Position numbers and translations under genes: made by a program
Notes under the pieces: model-generated
Database searches by the model: none
What the model saw: the letters and a program-made list of their open reading frames with translations, nothing else
Told to the model about the DNA's origin: nothing
In this document: piece after piece, positions 1 to 14,400 of the stretch
Layout of the letters: every line of letters starts with the position of its first letter
Numbering within the stretch: the first letter of the stretch is position 1
Assembly (NCBI GenBank): GCA_010356995.1
Contig: ML996702.1
Coordinates: forward strand, 434,001-498,000
From: Trichodelitschia bisporula
Taxonomy: Eukaryota
DNA: 64,000 bases
Reading direction: 5' to 3'

Positions 1-1677
1 GTGAATGTTTTTGTTGTGGCCTAAGGGTCTGTATGGCAATTTACGTGCAACGCAGACGGCGGCTTGCGGAATAAGTGTAAACCTAGCGCCTGGAGACCGG
101 TATCGCCGTGCCGCCCTGGAAGCTTCTGTCTGCTGAGAACTGGCTTCTGGGCCGGAAAGACGCAGGACGCGGCACTCAAACGCTGGCCAGCGCATCGCCT
201 CCAAACACGAAGCTGCGTAGGGCGATGGTAGTGGTGTGGTGGTTCCTGGATGCTGTTGAGTACCTGCATAAGGCTGGTACAGAAAGGGCAGTTGGACCAC
301 GGTGAGTGATAATTGCTGCGGTAATGGCCTCCAATCAAACAGGCCGACGAGGAAGCGAAGTGTGGTGGAGGTGGGAGGAGTGAGCCTGGTGACAGTAGTA
401 CGGCGCATAAGAGACCCGGAGATTCATCAGACAGCATAGAAGATGCAAACGGCAGAGCGTCACAAGCGAAACGGAAGTCTTGGGTATTCGGAACGGAGGA
501 GAGGGGTTGTTGATGACGACGGACATAGAACGGGGAGGGTGATTTGGCGACACTCACGATGGCCGATTCACTACTGAACGGTGCATCGTGAACTCGTTAG
601 GCGTCAATGTCGAAGTTGTTAGGCGGATGGCTGTGTGTTGCTGGAGGATGCTTTACCTGCAACAGGGCAAGATCAAAAGCGACGAGACGACGAGTGACGC
701 TGAGACGAGGAGATGAGAAGACGGAAAGTGTCCTCCTTCGCAGCAAATTTCATCCGGGGGGTACAATTACGGATAGGGAAGGAGGGGAGGAGCCACGCGG
801 TGCGTCGCTGAAAGGTGTTTCTATTGGCGGGGAAGCCGTTCCTTGCCTGTGGGAAACCAGATGTCCCGGGATGTGGCTTGACCGTTCATCGACGCTAACC
901 TCCTTGGCATGTTTGGTGGATATCGGGATCTCCTACCACTTTCCCACCACTTTCTCAGCGCATTTGCCGGGAATTTGCAGTGAATTGGTAGTGTGTTTAC
1001 AGTGAAAAAGCGATGGAATGAGTAAACAGCCCCCGCCCATTCTCCTCCAGATACACAAGGCGTTCCTGATGCCAACCGTTAGTCCCGTACACGCCTCGCC
1101 GCCTCAACCTTGCCAGACGCCCCCGTCGTCACTTCCCAAAGCTGCTATCCCCCTCCCCTCCCCTCCCATCATCAAATGGTCCATCCCCCTTCTATCTATC
1201 CCAATCCCAATCTTTTCCAGAAAATCTCAACTCCAAAAATTCTCACATGCGACGATAGATCACCAAAGTCCTTCCTTTCGATCGTGTGTGTTGTGTGCGA
1301 GTGTTGCTTTTCTGCCGTGACTTGATTCACTGCATCCCTTCCTTCAATTCTTTTGCTTTCTCAAGGCTCAGGCCGATCAACCCTTGGAGCTCGACTCCGC
1401 CTTCGCTCCTTACCCCATTCCAACCCAGACCCTGGGTGCTGACAGCCCAACACACCTTCCTTCCAACTCGTCTTACACCGGACTATCAGAGAGTCGCCCC
1501 CGCCTCAATTGAGTCGCGGAACCAAGCAAAACATCAGACGATAGTCGGCAAAGAGATACTGCGACAACAAAACAGTGCTTGCACTTGTTCCTCTTAACAC
1601 CCCCCACACTCCTTCCAGTCGCAAACAGCAACCTTTCTTTCATTTACAACACGCACCTCCAGCCAGCATCCTCGAAC

Positions 1678-1710
1678 CGCCAACCTCGCCAACCTCGCCA
1701 ACCTCGCCAG
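1678..1710 (+). repeat. 9-bp tandem repeat (CGCCAACCT) x about 3.5 upstream of the SUN start codon
   Basis: cgccaacctcgccaacctcgccaacctcgccag read directly. Confidence 0.85.
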
Positions 1711-1750
1711 CCGGCAGCACGCACCGGATTTCCTGGCACTTCTCACAATA

Positions 1751-3125
1751 ATGAAGGTCGAAGTCACTGCTTTCATTGCTCTCGCGGCCATCGCGAGGGC
1801 GCAGCCGCACCAGCATGTTCATAAGCACGCGCATGCGCATGCGAAGCGCCATGTTGTCGGGAAGCGTAGCGTTGTCGAACAGAGCGTCGCCGTCACCGTT
1901 GTTGAGTGCTGGTTGGGCGACCATGTCCTCTCGGAGGCGGAGTGTAAGCAAGGAATCGCCGATGGTAGTCTCAAGTGGGCGGACGACGGGTCGGTGTCGG
2001 CTGCCACTACTGCTACTATTGCGGTTGTAAGTAGCCCAGAGCCGCAAGGTTTGATGCGCCACTGACAAATGCAGGCCCAGCCTACCTCGAGCGTGATTGC
2101 TCATCCAGTCGCTCCCCCAGTCGCCTCTTCAGTCGCTCCTGCGGCCGCGTCGCCATCTGTTGTGGCCCCGCCGGTCCAGAACAAAGTACAGGATACTTCC
2201 AGCTCCTCAAATGCAGCTGCCGTAAATAGGGCCTTTCCCGATGGCGAGATTGATTGTTCCACCTTCCCCTCCGACTACGGCGCGGTTCCCGTTGACTGGC
2301 TGAACCTCGGCGGGTGGGCGTCAGTCCAGAAGCCAAATGTCGTCGAGGTTAGCGGGTTCAACGACATCTTGACCGTGACCAAAAACGAGTGCCAGGGCGA
2401 TAACTGCTGCCTTGAGGGCGCGTTCTGTTCCTATGCCTGTCCCGAGGGGTACATGAAGTACCAGTGGCCGTCGACTCAGGGTGCCACTGGTCAGTCCGTC
2501 GGCGGACTTCAGTGCAAGAACGGAAAGCTGCATCTGACCAACCCGAGCATCAATACTCTGTGCGCAACTGGCACGAACAACGTCAACGTCTGGATCGAGA
2601 ACCGGTTAAGCAAGAACGTGGCGATTTGTCGCACCAACTATCCGGGTATTAAGCACCGATGGCCTGAGAGACGTGATGCTGACTGCCATAGGTGATGAAA
2701 ACATGTCAATTCCGGTTGACGCTCAGCCTGGTTCCAAGAAGAAGTTGGCCTGTCCCGATTCGGCAACCTACTACCGCTGGCAGAACAAGGGAACCTCGGC
2801 TCAGTACTACTTGAACCTTCCAGGATACTCTGTTGACAAGGCCTGCCGCTGGGGGAAGCCTGGTGACGACTTCGGCAATTGGGCTCCCGCGAACCTGGGT
2901 GTTGGCTGGACCGATGGACGCGCCTGGCTCTCAGTCTTCGCAAATCATCCGACGCAGACGCAGGTCACACTTCCGTACACAGTCGAAATCGTAGGCGGCA
3001 ACACCAAGTGTCGGTACAAGAACGGCCAGTACTGTGGCGGGGATAACTACAGTACCTGTTCCACCGAAGGCTGCACCGTGTCCGCCGAAGGAGGCGACGT
3101 TCAGTACATCCTGTCCGACGACTAG
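1751..3125 (+). CDS. Secreted SUN-family (GH132) beta-1,3-glucanase, group I
   Basis: Signal peptide, then His-rich HQHVHKHAHAHAKR with KR sites. Canonical C-X5-C-X3-C-X24-C motif (CLEGAFCSYAC...GGLQC), plus CRTNYPG and GNWAP. Introns at 2027-2074 and about 2646-2691 join three ORFs in frame. Confidence 0.93.
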
Positions 3126-4340
3126 GAAGTCCTGAGACGGCCTGAACTTTAACGGAAGATTCTTTGACATGCTTTTGCTGTTGCTGTTGTGCTGAGTGCC
3201 GTGCATGTTTTACCGACCTTCGTTGGCATTCATTTCTGGGGCGCGCGTACTTCGACTTCGCATTCTTGTGCATATTTGACTCATCTACTGGGAAGCGCCG
3301 AAGAGTTGATGGCTGTACGATCTTACGGTATTCATTCACTGGCTGAATGGGTACCGGTTTCTCTTTTCATGACAGACCCCGACTGGTTCGCGATGGAATG
3401 GTGCTTTCGGGAAGCGACGCTCTTCACCTTGGCTTCGCCAACAATCGGACCTTGCCGAACGAATTCATTGACCTTTCTGAGATTAGCAGGGGAATTTTCT
3501 TCACATATACCACCATGGACATCGGAGCTGATGGCGTTTCTTTCCATGGCTGATGTGGAGCGTCGGCGTACTGTGGACGCGGGGGGGTTGACGGCATTTA
3601 CGTTTGGCCAGGTTTCTGACGGCGATGAGATGCTTCCTATTTCTCTGTAGGCAATGTTACTCGCACTCAAACATACGGCTGCTATCGTGGGAACCGTTAT
3701 GCGATGCCTTCGTCCTTGACTGTGTTGATTCCAATGTGGAGGATGAGGTGAGGTCGGAGGCAACACGGAACATACCGAGTGCCGAGATTGGGGTGCATGA
3801 CGTGCAGCGTGACACGCGTGACTGGCTTGGGTCGGATCTCAAATTCGCTGACGAGTGAGAGCTGATCTTTTGCTTTGGGCGAATCGGCTGCGCGTATTCG
3901 TGAGCATCAGATTTTAACCTAGAGGACCATTACTGTCTCTTCAAACTCGTCCTCGTACACCTTTCATGCATCTTTGCGCTTTTCGGATACACTTATTGAC
4001 GGCTTTCAGGTTGGTCTATTCATGCCCTTGCGATCAGGAAGCGGAAGCCATTAAAGTCGATTCACACGGTCAACCGTTGCGCAACACTCTCACGTGTTTC
4101 GAGGGAGCGGTCAAGATCTTTCAATGCTTACTGCGAATGGAGCGTCTAATGTACGTTTACCAGCATGACGACCATCGACCTTCACCAGGCTTGTTGAAGG
4201 CCCGTGGAGACGAACGTCATACTGAGAGAAAGGATATCAGAAACACAGAAGCTCTGAGCTGAAGTCTTCGACCCGCAAAGTTGAATCGCTGATCATAACG
4301 TCATTGATAGCAATATCTTAGCTCCAGTAGGGACACCCAA

Positions 4341-5599
4341 CTATCCAACCGCGACACTCTGCATCACAAACTTCCGCTCAACGCCCCATCCAAAATGCCA
4401 CCGTATGAGCAGCAAAAACACTACGGCCAGCCCTTGAATCTTGATGGCGTCCACCACGTCCTTCCAACTCCACCACACCTCGTCGCCCTTCACCTTCTGG
4501 ACCCGCTCGCCCACCAACCCTTCCTCCGACCCCTCCACCCTCCGCCGCACCCACTCATCCCGCACGCGCAAATAGGCCCCGACATCATCCGTGATAATCC
4601 CATCAAGCCCCTGCCTCAACCCGAAGCGCATCCTCCGCTCCTCATTCACCGTCCACGCATATACTGGTCTCCCCAACCTCCGGGCTTTGCGCACAAACGC
4701 GCCGCCAAACGGCCCATAGAGCGAGATCTGGAGCAGGTTGAAGGCAATATTCGGCACCGCGAAGAACTGGCCCGCATACGTGGTTGAGAAGCCAATGTGG
4801 GCGACAGGGAAGCCGGGCAGGCGCGTGTTGCAGATGGGGAGGTACTTGGTCTGCCGGTGTTAGCGCCAGCTCCTCCTAGGCTCAACAGATACTTACGGCC
4901 CATATCCCGAGCACGATGCGCTCCGTCCACGGTCGCGCGCCCTCCCGCACGGCAACCGAGGTAATGGTCTCCGCAACTCGCCGCATGAGTACGTCCGCAA
5001 CATCATCCATCTTCACATCCAGCAACACCCAGACCGCCTCATTCTGTTCCTCCGCTAACCAGATCAGGAACTCGTCCAACCGCGGCATAGGCTGGGGCGG
5101 CGTGGCTGCGGTGCGCATCTCCGCTAACTCGGGCCAATCATAGTCCGCGATCTTCCCCTCGCGCCCGAAACAGCGCTTCAGCGACGGGTCGTGTGCTAGG
5201 ACCACAGTGCCGTCGCGCGCGAGGTGGATGTCTGTTTCGAGGGCGTGGGCGCCGGCGGCGAGGGCGGCGCGGAAGCCGAGCATTGTGTTCTCGGGGTAGT
5301 GCGCTTTAAGGCCGCGGTGGGCGATTGCTTGGGGGGTTTGGAGGGGGGTTTGCTTGGTTGGGGGGAGGGCGCGCGTGAATGATGCTGGGTTGGGAGGTCA
5401 GGTGGGTTCTTGGGGGCACGATAAACTGGTTTAGACTGGACGTACGTATGGGGAAGGCGGGTGAGTGGCCCAGCGGCGCAGGGGCTTCGCCGAGCTTCTC
5501 CATGTTTTTGCGGGAGAAGATTGGGGGGATGTATTTGACGAGGGGAGGGGCGTATTTGGCGAGAAGGGGGAAGGTCTCGGGGGAGCTGGAGGATGCCAT
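4341..5599 (-). CDS. Glycerophosphodiester phosphodiesterase (GDPD; Pgc1-like phosphatidylglycerol phospholipase C)
   Basis: Spliced product contains PQAIAHRG..YPENTM, ETDIHLARDGTVVLAHD, LLDVK, YAWTVN and DGIITD, with a hydrophobic C-terminus. Introns at 5385-5445 and about 4850-4895. Confidence 0.88.
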
Positions 5600-7913
5600 G
5601 CTGGCGGTGGGAGAGAGGGGATTATAGCGGGAGGTCGAGGTAAGCTTCGTAGGAGAGTAGGAGATGTGGCAGGGGAAACGTAAGCTCAGAAATGGGTGAA
5701 GAAGGCTGGTGGAGGCAGCACGGCCTCGGGATGACGACAGAGCGGGATGTGGGACCCTTGTCGTGGCGGGCAGGCGGGAGGTGAAGGATCGGCAGGAGCC
5801 GTGGAGATGCGACGGCGGCGGGTGAGGGGTTGACCTTCGCAGCGGGTCGAAAAACAAAGCAGATGAGGACGGCTCTTTGAACGGAAGGGTCAGGGGAAAT
5901 TATGTATGGAATCTACTGTGTATGCCGGAGACAAAAGGCTGCGTTAACCCCGCGCGCACCAAATTGAGCGGCCGCACGGGATGCCGGGGCTAAAGGCTCT
6001 CCCGCAGCTAGCTAGGGCCGCAGCAGAGCTAGATAATTTAGCTATCCTAGCATGTGGTGTAGGATGGGGGAGGGCTAGCAAGGAATGGAGAAGGGATGTG
6101 GGAATCGAGAACGTGGGGATGCAGACACATCCGTCGCATTATCTTCATTGTGGTGGGCATACTGGGGGAAATGCTTGTCATTTGCAGGCAACATGGCGAG
6201 GCCGGCCCGCTTCTTGATCGCTCGGGCGTGGGTGGGGGAAGCCACTGCCGTCCAATGCGGTTGCGTGGAGCGAGCAGGTGCCTTTTAGGCTTGATAAGTC
6301 CGGGGTTGTGGAGAGCCATGATCCCCCAATTAGCTACCTCCGTAGATAGCTTCCAAGATGCGATACAGACAAGCGAAGAGGACGAGCTGGCCTGTCCCTT
6401 GGAGTGAGCGGGGAAGGTCAGTCGTTGAAGCTCCATCCCAGCTGTCCACCAGACGCGGTGTCGCCATGTTCAAACAGCACCAGTCAAACGGTTTGGGTGC
6501 AACATCACAATTGTCCAATGGGATACCACTGATGTTGGAGAGAATTGAGGGGTCGCAGCAAAGATGGAAGAAGCACAGCAAGTGAGCAGCTCCCGTCCTA
6601 CGAAGTGGCGTCGTAAGCGAGGTGATAAGCTTATGTCTTCGAGACATACGGCGTGCCAGTGTCACCCTGCACTCCGCACCATCAACATTCTTTGCTCCGA
6701 TATCCTGTGAATATCCCCTCCGACGGGTTGTACCGCCGCCTGATGTCTGCTGATGGACGGGCGTTGAACGACTAGGTCGTTTGATATCGTATCCACGCAG
6801 GAATCTGAATCTCCCCTCGTTGCTCGGTCTCTTTCTCACATTTGGGCCTATCCAAATCCTGCGGATATCTTCATGCATCTCCTTCTCCCTCTCGCTTCTA
6901 GAAAGCTAATTAACCCGCCTCAACGGGCATCACCGAGGCCCCGGACAAGCCGCAATGCAAGCGCTCGGACGCGATCTGCAGATCTTAGATCCGTTTTCAG
7001 CCCCGCATCATGCAGCTTCGCTTGCCCCTCTTCGGCACCCGTTTTTGGGTGAAGAAAAGAGAGAAAAAACCGCCGCTGCAGAACGGAGCCACGCGATCCT
7101 ACCTCTTTTGGGACCTCTGTTCTTTTTCAACCCGCCGCGTTGTGCTCTGATGATGCGGAAAAGGAAAGGGGCTTGCAGCGGTTGGTCTTCTGCATGCTAG
7201 GCTCAGTTCCCTTAATGACAGCTGGAACTGCGGAAAGCTCCGATGACTTCACCGCTTGACGATGCAATGACGGCTCGTGTTCTCCGGCTCTGAGCTGTAC
7301 AGCTGCATGGTGGCTATCTGAAGAACAGCAATCTGGGTTCCCATGGAGCTACTTTCAATTGAGTTGAGAGAATTACGTTGGGGGAATTGAAGAGATAGCG
7401 GGGAGATTCGCCGTCCAAATACGGGTATAATCACTAGTGATTGGCTAGTCAGGCCAACAACCTCATCGGCGTTGATCTCGGATCGGCCGGCCCGGGAGAT
7501 CTACACTCGATCTGCCAAGTTGGGCGTTCAACGTCTGAATACTAAGCCGGCTGGGAAGTCTTCTTCTTCATCCAGGCCAGGAACTTCGTATTTGCCTTCG
7601 CGCTTCCGAATGCGACGTCTCCTCCCCTTTGGATAGGCCATTGGAGGCTCTATAAGGTTAAACCTGCTCGTGGTTATGCTAACCGCGAAGAAGCCGACAG
7701 CCGCAGCCTCCGGACAACGGAATCACCGGAGCATACCACCATGCCATCAATCTCTCCGCACCTCACGATAGTGACGCACTCTCCGGCACGATCCGTAATG
7801 CAGACACAAAACTGTACCCGATGCGCCCTCACAACCCATTCCCCATTGCCCAACCCTCGTCTCTCACTCTAACCCCCTCACTCTAACCCCCCCCCCACCC
7901 CCAAACCGCAACC

Positions 7914-8711
7914 ATGGCCCTCCAATCCACCGACGAGCCCAAGATCGCTCGGCTTCTGAACCATGATCCAACAGTAACCATCTTCCTACGCCCGATCGCC
8001 GCCCCCGCCGCCCTCGGCCTTGCCGGCTACGCAGGCGCAACCTGGATCGCAGCGTCCTGGCTGGCACGCTGGTGGGGCGACGAAGACTCGCCAGGAATCC
8101 TCTTCCCCTTCGTCGCCTTCTGGGGCGGGCTGGCGCAGTTCATCGCCGGCATTTTCGGCTTCTGGGCGCGCGACATCCTCGTCACCGTGGTTTACGTCCT
8201 GTGGGGCAGTTTTTGGATGAGCGCTAGCTTGCTCTGGTTCCTCGTGCTTATTGGTACTATTCCGGTGCACAGTTTCTATGACCACTACCCGGAGGTCGCG
8301 GCGTGGTTTGTGGTGATGACGTTTTTTACCTGGTCGGCGGTGCGCGGGCCCCTTCCTTCACTTTAGTGGACCCGCAGCTAACACGCGCAGGCCATCGCCT
8401 CCATCGCCCGCGACCTCGTCCTCTTCGGTGTGCTCTTCTGCCTGGCCGTCGGGTCGACCATCGCATGCTGTCTATTCGCCTACGGCGGGGGCGTGCGCAC
8501 GGGCATGAAAGTCGCAGCCTACTTCTGGATCGTCAGCTCCATTCTCGCGTGGTATCGCGTGACTGTCTATCTCATGGAGGACTCATATGGTGGCACTGTG
8601 TTTGCCAAAATGTTCCCGCTTTTCCGGCTTCCCATCGAACGTGGGAGACCGCTTCTCGTGCCGGGGTTGGGTGAGCCGGGGGTTAAGAGGGGGATGCCGG
8701 GTGTGCTGTAA
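7914..8711 (+). CDS. GPR1/FUN34/YaaH (SatP) family acetate/ammonia transporter
   Basis: APAALGLAG (variant of NPAPLGL), FWGGLAQFIAG and WGSFW motifs; about 6 TM helices. Intron 8340-8390 is in phase 0. Confidence 0.88.
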
Positions 8712-8872
8712 GGCAGAGATGACGGTTAGGCCAGAAGTATCATCAAGAGAATCAGAACTCAGCGTTGAAACCAAAGCCTGTATTGAGAAACGCCTCCGTT
8801 CCATGTACACGTACGAAAAGCAGAGAAGCAATGACTTGCACCATAACACCAGACATGCCCCCCATACCGATC

Positions 8873-10166
8873 TTACACAAGTTTCTCATCCCGCGTCCCC
8901 AAAAATCCAAGCCTCTCGCGTCCCTTCTGGTTCCACGTCTCCAGGGCCCAGTCGCTGAACTGCCAGCACCATGTGCCCGCAACCAGCACCCCGCTAACGA
9001 CGTTGACCAGGCGCACCAGCAGGGCTAGGAACCCACCGCTCTCCTCGCTCACGAGCAGCAGAATCGGCTCAATGTCGTACTTGACAAAGATTCCGGGTAC
9101 GCTTGTCTCGCTCACGACATGCGATTGCTCCGTAACGGCGTACTGGTTCGTCCAGATGGTGTGCTTCGGGTTCACCGCCGCATAGGGGTCGGCATCTGAG
9201 TGCGGTGACAGCTTCAGGTGGTGAGGTTCCGTCGTGTAGATGGTCGGTACGATGGACGTGTAGTACTGAAACTTGTAGAAGTGCTTGTCCGTTGTAGCGC
9301 GTGTGCTATCCAGCGGGTTGACAAGCGAGGGGTAGAAGGGCCCGAAGGAGAGCTCGTTGATGATGTGCGAGAAGTTGAACTCTGCCAAAATTAGCTCAAT
9401 CCAAACGCATTGCAGCAACTCGCTTACGGTTGTGCTCTAGATGCAGCCCGAATTCCATGTACCCGTGGCCACGCGCTGTTATGTGGAAATCTCCCTGCAC
9501 TTTGTTCTCCTCGATGCTGCCCCACAAACGACACGCATCCGGCTGACCGCGCACCTTGGGCGTCTTTGCAAACTTGCGCTTCCCACGCCGCGCCGCACCA
9601 ATGTAGTCGTGCACGTCCTCCTCCTCGCCGCGGGTGTACTCATCCGCATCGGCGCCGCTCTCCAGCTTGTGCACATGCTTGAGCTTGCCCCAGCGGTCCC
9701 AGTTCGTAGGGTCGCGGTGCAGCATCTCAGCGGCAAGTATAAGATCGCCGGCCGCATCTTGGACGTTGATATGGATGTCGTGACACTGCATCGCGACGAC
9801 GATGTCGACGTTCATCTGCATCGTGTGGGAGACGCCCTTCTCCACGGCAAAGGAGTGTGTCACCGTGCCCGTGAACCAACGCCGCGTTTCCGTGACCAGC
9901 AGCGAGATGGAGGCGACGATAAGAAGGAGCGTCCACGCGCTGCCTGTGCGGCTGCGTTGCAGGTAGGTGGGTTTGGTTTTGGCTGCGGAGGTTAGCATTG
10001 CGCATAGAGGGGCTCAAATGCGCCCGGAGCTTGTGACAAGGGGGAACGCACGGAAAGCGTCAAACGACTTCATGGAGATGCCTTTCGGCTCTCCAAAGTC
10101 GACATCGTCGAGGGCGGGGTGATTGGCGAAGCCGTTCATCTCGCCAAAGCCATTCATGCCATTCAT
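8873..10166 (-). CDS. ERV41: ER-derived vesicle protein Erv41 (ERGIC2-like)
   Basis: FDAFPKTKP, N-terminal TM, CRLWGS...KVQGDFHITARGHGY, FNFSHIINELSFG, PGIFVKYDIEPI and a C-terminal TM. Introns at 9983-10051 and 9382-9427. Confidence 0.92.
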
Positions 10167-10695
10167 GAGGCAAGCGACAGCTTGGAGGCGCTGCAAGCCT
10201 CACCACTGCGCGTACTAGAAAGTGTATAAAGAAGATTAGGAGTCAACAAAGGAAAGTAAGGGAATCGCTGGTGCTACTTGGTGTCGCAATGCAACATGGC
10301 GGGCCGTCACCTTCGACCTCGTACGCTTGTGGATGAGGACACTTTGGGGTTTCGGACCCCGGCCGCGCCACATCCCCGAAAACGTGGCGTGGTGGCTAGT
10401 GTGTCACATCTACATCTAATCTTATCAAGGATCCGTCAGCCTGACCTCGCTCGAGCAGCCTGTCACATACGGCTGCGACCTTCAACAGGCCACAGCCTTG
10501 CTACAATATGACGAGTGCAGGAAAAATGAGACTGCTTCATAGTTCTAGCAGCCTCAAGGCCTAGGTACATAGAGACTCCGACACAGCCTTTTGGTTGCGC
10601 TTGACACTCAGTCGTCCCACAAGCCCAATCATCTAGACCTCGTAGATCCAATAGCACAATTCAGTCTGGATCGCAAAGACAGGACAGCCCATGAT

Positions 10696-11434
10696 CTATG
10701 AAGATCCATTCACACCGTTGGTGTGCATCTCAGAGGATGGCTCGTCGCTCCTGACGGTAGAGATATCGTCGTTAGAGCGATCGTCGTCCGACGCCATGTT
10801 GGCGCGCAGCCGCGCACGCATCCCGTAACTAGCGTCCCTAGCGGCCAGGTATCCACGAAGCTCCTGGACCCGCTGCAGCGCACGTATCTCATCCGTATCA
10901 GCCATAGCGGCCAGATGTTCACGAAGCTCAGCAACAAGCTGGCTCTCATGCTCGCCGAACTCGGCCTGGAAGTCATTGACGATAGCCTGGTGCCTCCTTC
11001 GAGGGTTATCAAGATTGACATTCGCAAACCACGCCTCCCAGTTTTGATAGCTTAATTCGCTCTCCGCGCGAGGACGGCTGCGCGCCTCCTGGCCGCGGAG
11101 GTGGAGACTGTGAAGTTGAGTGTAGCTGTCGAGAATCACTCGAATTTGGCTGATGGCCGTGTAGATTTCACTCTCATGCGAAACGGCAGGAAGGCCCGAC
11201 AACGTGTACTGGATCTCGAGCATGAGGCGGTCGCGCTCGCGAAGCTCCTGTTGCAGAGCCGCATTCTCAGCCCTGTAGATTTCCACAAGCGCTTGAGCGG
11301 AAGCCGCCCCGTTCGGCGATTCATCGTCGCTGGCCCTGAAAATGTCAATATTACGAAAGCTGGATTGCTAAGTGTATTTCTTACGTGGACACTTCCTCGT
11401 GATAGGGAGCGGGGTTCTCGCGGGGTTCAGGCAT
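10696..11434 (-). CDS. Hypothetical coiled-coil protein (orphan-like)
   Basis: ATG at 11434 and intron 11336-11384 (GTAAGA...TTGAC...CAG) splice in frame into the 196-aa ORF, giving MPEPREN...VEIYRAENAALQQELRERD. No family recognised. Confidence 0.65.
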
Positions 11435-14400
11435 GACGTAGTAGAACTAATGGTTGAGGGGAATCTGTATGGAATAGGTGCAGTTGGGTGTTGGAAAGAT
11501 GTGCATGGTGGACAAAAAATATTGCACTACGGTTGTTTGCGTGCCTTCATGAGCGGCTGTGCGTCGCCGAGAACCTAGAGGCATACCGCAATTTTTCATG
11601 AGCGGCTGTGGACTACACATTTCTGAAGCTTTGTGGCAATTCCATTCCGGCACTAAACCAGAGCACCAAAACTAGCCAGGGAAGGGATGAAAGACCGGAA
11701 GTTGGCCTGGAGGGCATAGTGTTAACTTGCATCTCGCGATACTAACCCCGCCGGCAAAAGCTAGGAGCTGGGGTAGGCATCGAATTCTGTGAGGATAAAT
11801 GCGTGTTCGTCCAAGAGGGATATGACACCACGGACTCCAGACAAAGGGCCCGTAGTGAAGCGCTGCCTTTGATTCCAAGAGATCCAGGGAATAACGTGGA
11901 CGCTAAAGTTCATCCCTACGCCGAGGGAGTTTCGAGTTCTTGAGTGAGAGGCTTAGGAGCGATTGTCCCGTTACAAGTTCTTCCATAAGGCTGCGAAGGT
12001 GAAATGTCAGCAAAGCATCTGTTATGCCTGACCCCTATGCCACGAACACTTGATGACCAAATATCCGGCTCAAGCACACCAGATGATGCTGAGATATCGC
12101 TGCAAAGATCCTGTAAACAGTATTTTCAAACGATATTCGTGAGAATGTTGGAACGAGGGCGTCTGCTTGGGTCGTAAGAGGGCGACTTCCTTTAAGCAAG
12201 CTAGATCGGTAAGCAGCACATCAAAAATGATCGCAAGGCCATTTGATGACGTAGCTGAATTTCTACACCACGGTACCCAATTTCTGGCCGCAAGAACATG
12301 GCAGTCAGCATTCGAACTGTACATGGTTTACTCCATACATGGGCTGGCGTTAGCAGCCCTGAGTCCGAACAAAAGTACCCACGTCAAGCCGGAGCCGCCG
12401 ACGGAGGCGAGCGGATGCCAGCATTGACGGTTGTACTCTGTGACACAACATAGTTTCCAGCAAAGTTAGGCTACGTTTGGTCGGAGCGCAAACGACAGTG
12501 GCCCAGGAAGTTGGTGTTGGATCCATGTGCGGCGGAAGCAACAGGTTACCCAATAGGGAGCATAAACAGTTCCAACAAGCAGCTTGCGACTCGTCCACGT
12601 TTGGTACTACGAGGGCGGCGGCGACCACGGGTATCGATCGGCTCGGAAGCGAAATCCATTTCGTCCACATTAATTCAATCAGCACCAGCCGAGTCGGACC
12701 TTCAACTACCGGAGACCCAGGGTTCCAGAGTTCTCTTCGTAAACGAAGCAATAACGGCGACTTTTGGCCCCCAAGAAAAGTGCCCACCGGACCGGCCGAC
12801 TTGGGTCTGTCGAGGGTGAGGGCGATCAGTCAGGTGCGCACAATAGGTACGAAGTAGAGCTCAAGGGAGGTGGTATTTTGGGATAATCTGGAGAAAAGAG
12901 GCTTCAGATGAAGCAGCAAAGCCACGGCCATTTGCTTCACTTGGGGGCTCAGCGCGTACGGATGTAGATAAAGTGATGGAAGTGGAGGCGCGATGGCTAT
13001 TCAAAAATTGACTTCGTCGTCGAAGAGAAGTGAGATGGGGCGGGGATTACATAGCTGAGGTAAAAATAGCCCAGGACCACGGCCAAGCCTCTGATGGCAG
13101 GGATTGGACGGAATGCAGCGGCCGCGAGAGGCGCCACTCATGTATCAAACTTCTGATACTTGGACGATACCCGACTTGCCAGCCATCTTCACTGCGAACA
13201 GCATGTTCCCCTTCTGTGCATGGGCGCTGCAGGCCTTGCAGAGCAACCACACCGTCTGCGCGGTTGAAACATGGGCTTGCTGTCGTGGTGCAGGCCAATT
13301 CCTCCAGGAACCCTAGCTGCAAGTCACAACGCCCGCACCCATCCACCGGGACGTAGAAGTGTGGTCCGAAAGATACAGGACGGGCAGGATCAACTCGGAG
13401 AGACGCAATCAATTGGGCCAATCCACCAGCAATCGCCCTTTCGGGACTAGAATATCGTGCAGGAGGGGGGGATGAAGCTTTTGTGGCCGCACACCGGACG
13501 AGATGGCCATGTAGCTGGCTTCGGGGTGGGGCCGACCCAGCGAACTATACCCGCCATCGCGTATTAACCTCCTTCACTATCAGAGTGAAAAGTTCACTCG
13601 TTGAGACGAAAGGTACATACTGGATCAGAACTGACATATGCACAGCACCGAGGCTAAGCTCAAGCTGTGCCGCCTCTTTAATATCTTGCGGTCAATTCAC
13701 TTCCAGCTGAACAATTCGACAACTGATTTCGACCTCTTAGGAACTTAACAAGTCCGCTAGCCTTTCCCTCGCCACGCGGGACGTTGAACAATGGCGCAGA
13801 GGCGTGCAGCTCTAATAAAGGAACCCTGGACGAAAAGCGATTGACTTGGCACGCATGAGGTCAATTTGGCCATGTTACCCGACGTGCCCGACAGTGGATT
13901 GAAGGTTGCAAGGTTTGGGGGCCTCGGAACGGATGCTTGATTTCAGTCATGCCACCGGCCGATATTATGCGAAGAACAGAGCGTCGGAGGTGACGGAACT
14001 TCCGCATGCTGGGTTTACCTTCTCGTCCTCCACGCTCGCGGTGATCTCACGAGAACACAAAGCTCTCGAGCTGGATTGTAAAAGCGGTAGTTCTCCGAGC
14101 GCCCAGCGCGGGACCGTCAGGAAAGACGTTTGGTCACACAACACAGCGCCGGCCCTTGGCCGACAGGCGGCAACCCTCCGCAAAGTCACGACACCAGCGC
14201 GGGGTTTGCAAGATTCGGATGGGGGCGGCGGTGGTAAAAGCAGCTAATGCAGAGAGCCCTGGAAAGCATGCTGCGCAACACCAGTTGAGTTGGAACAAAG
14301 CGCTCGAGGGGCATATGCCTTTCGAAGAGAGGAAATGTTGGCAAAAAGGCTGCGATGCCTTTGAAGATGCAACTGGTCCAAGACTACTCCGTACGGTAGA

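Noticed and set aside
7864..7900. CTAACCC twice, telomere-like
   Set aside because: It is a 14-bp tandem duplicate in a C-rich leader, not a (TAACCC)n array.
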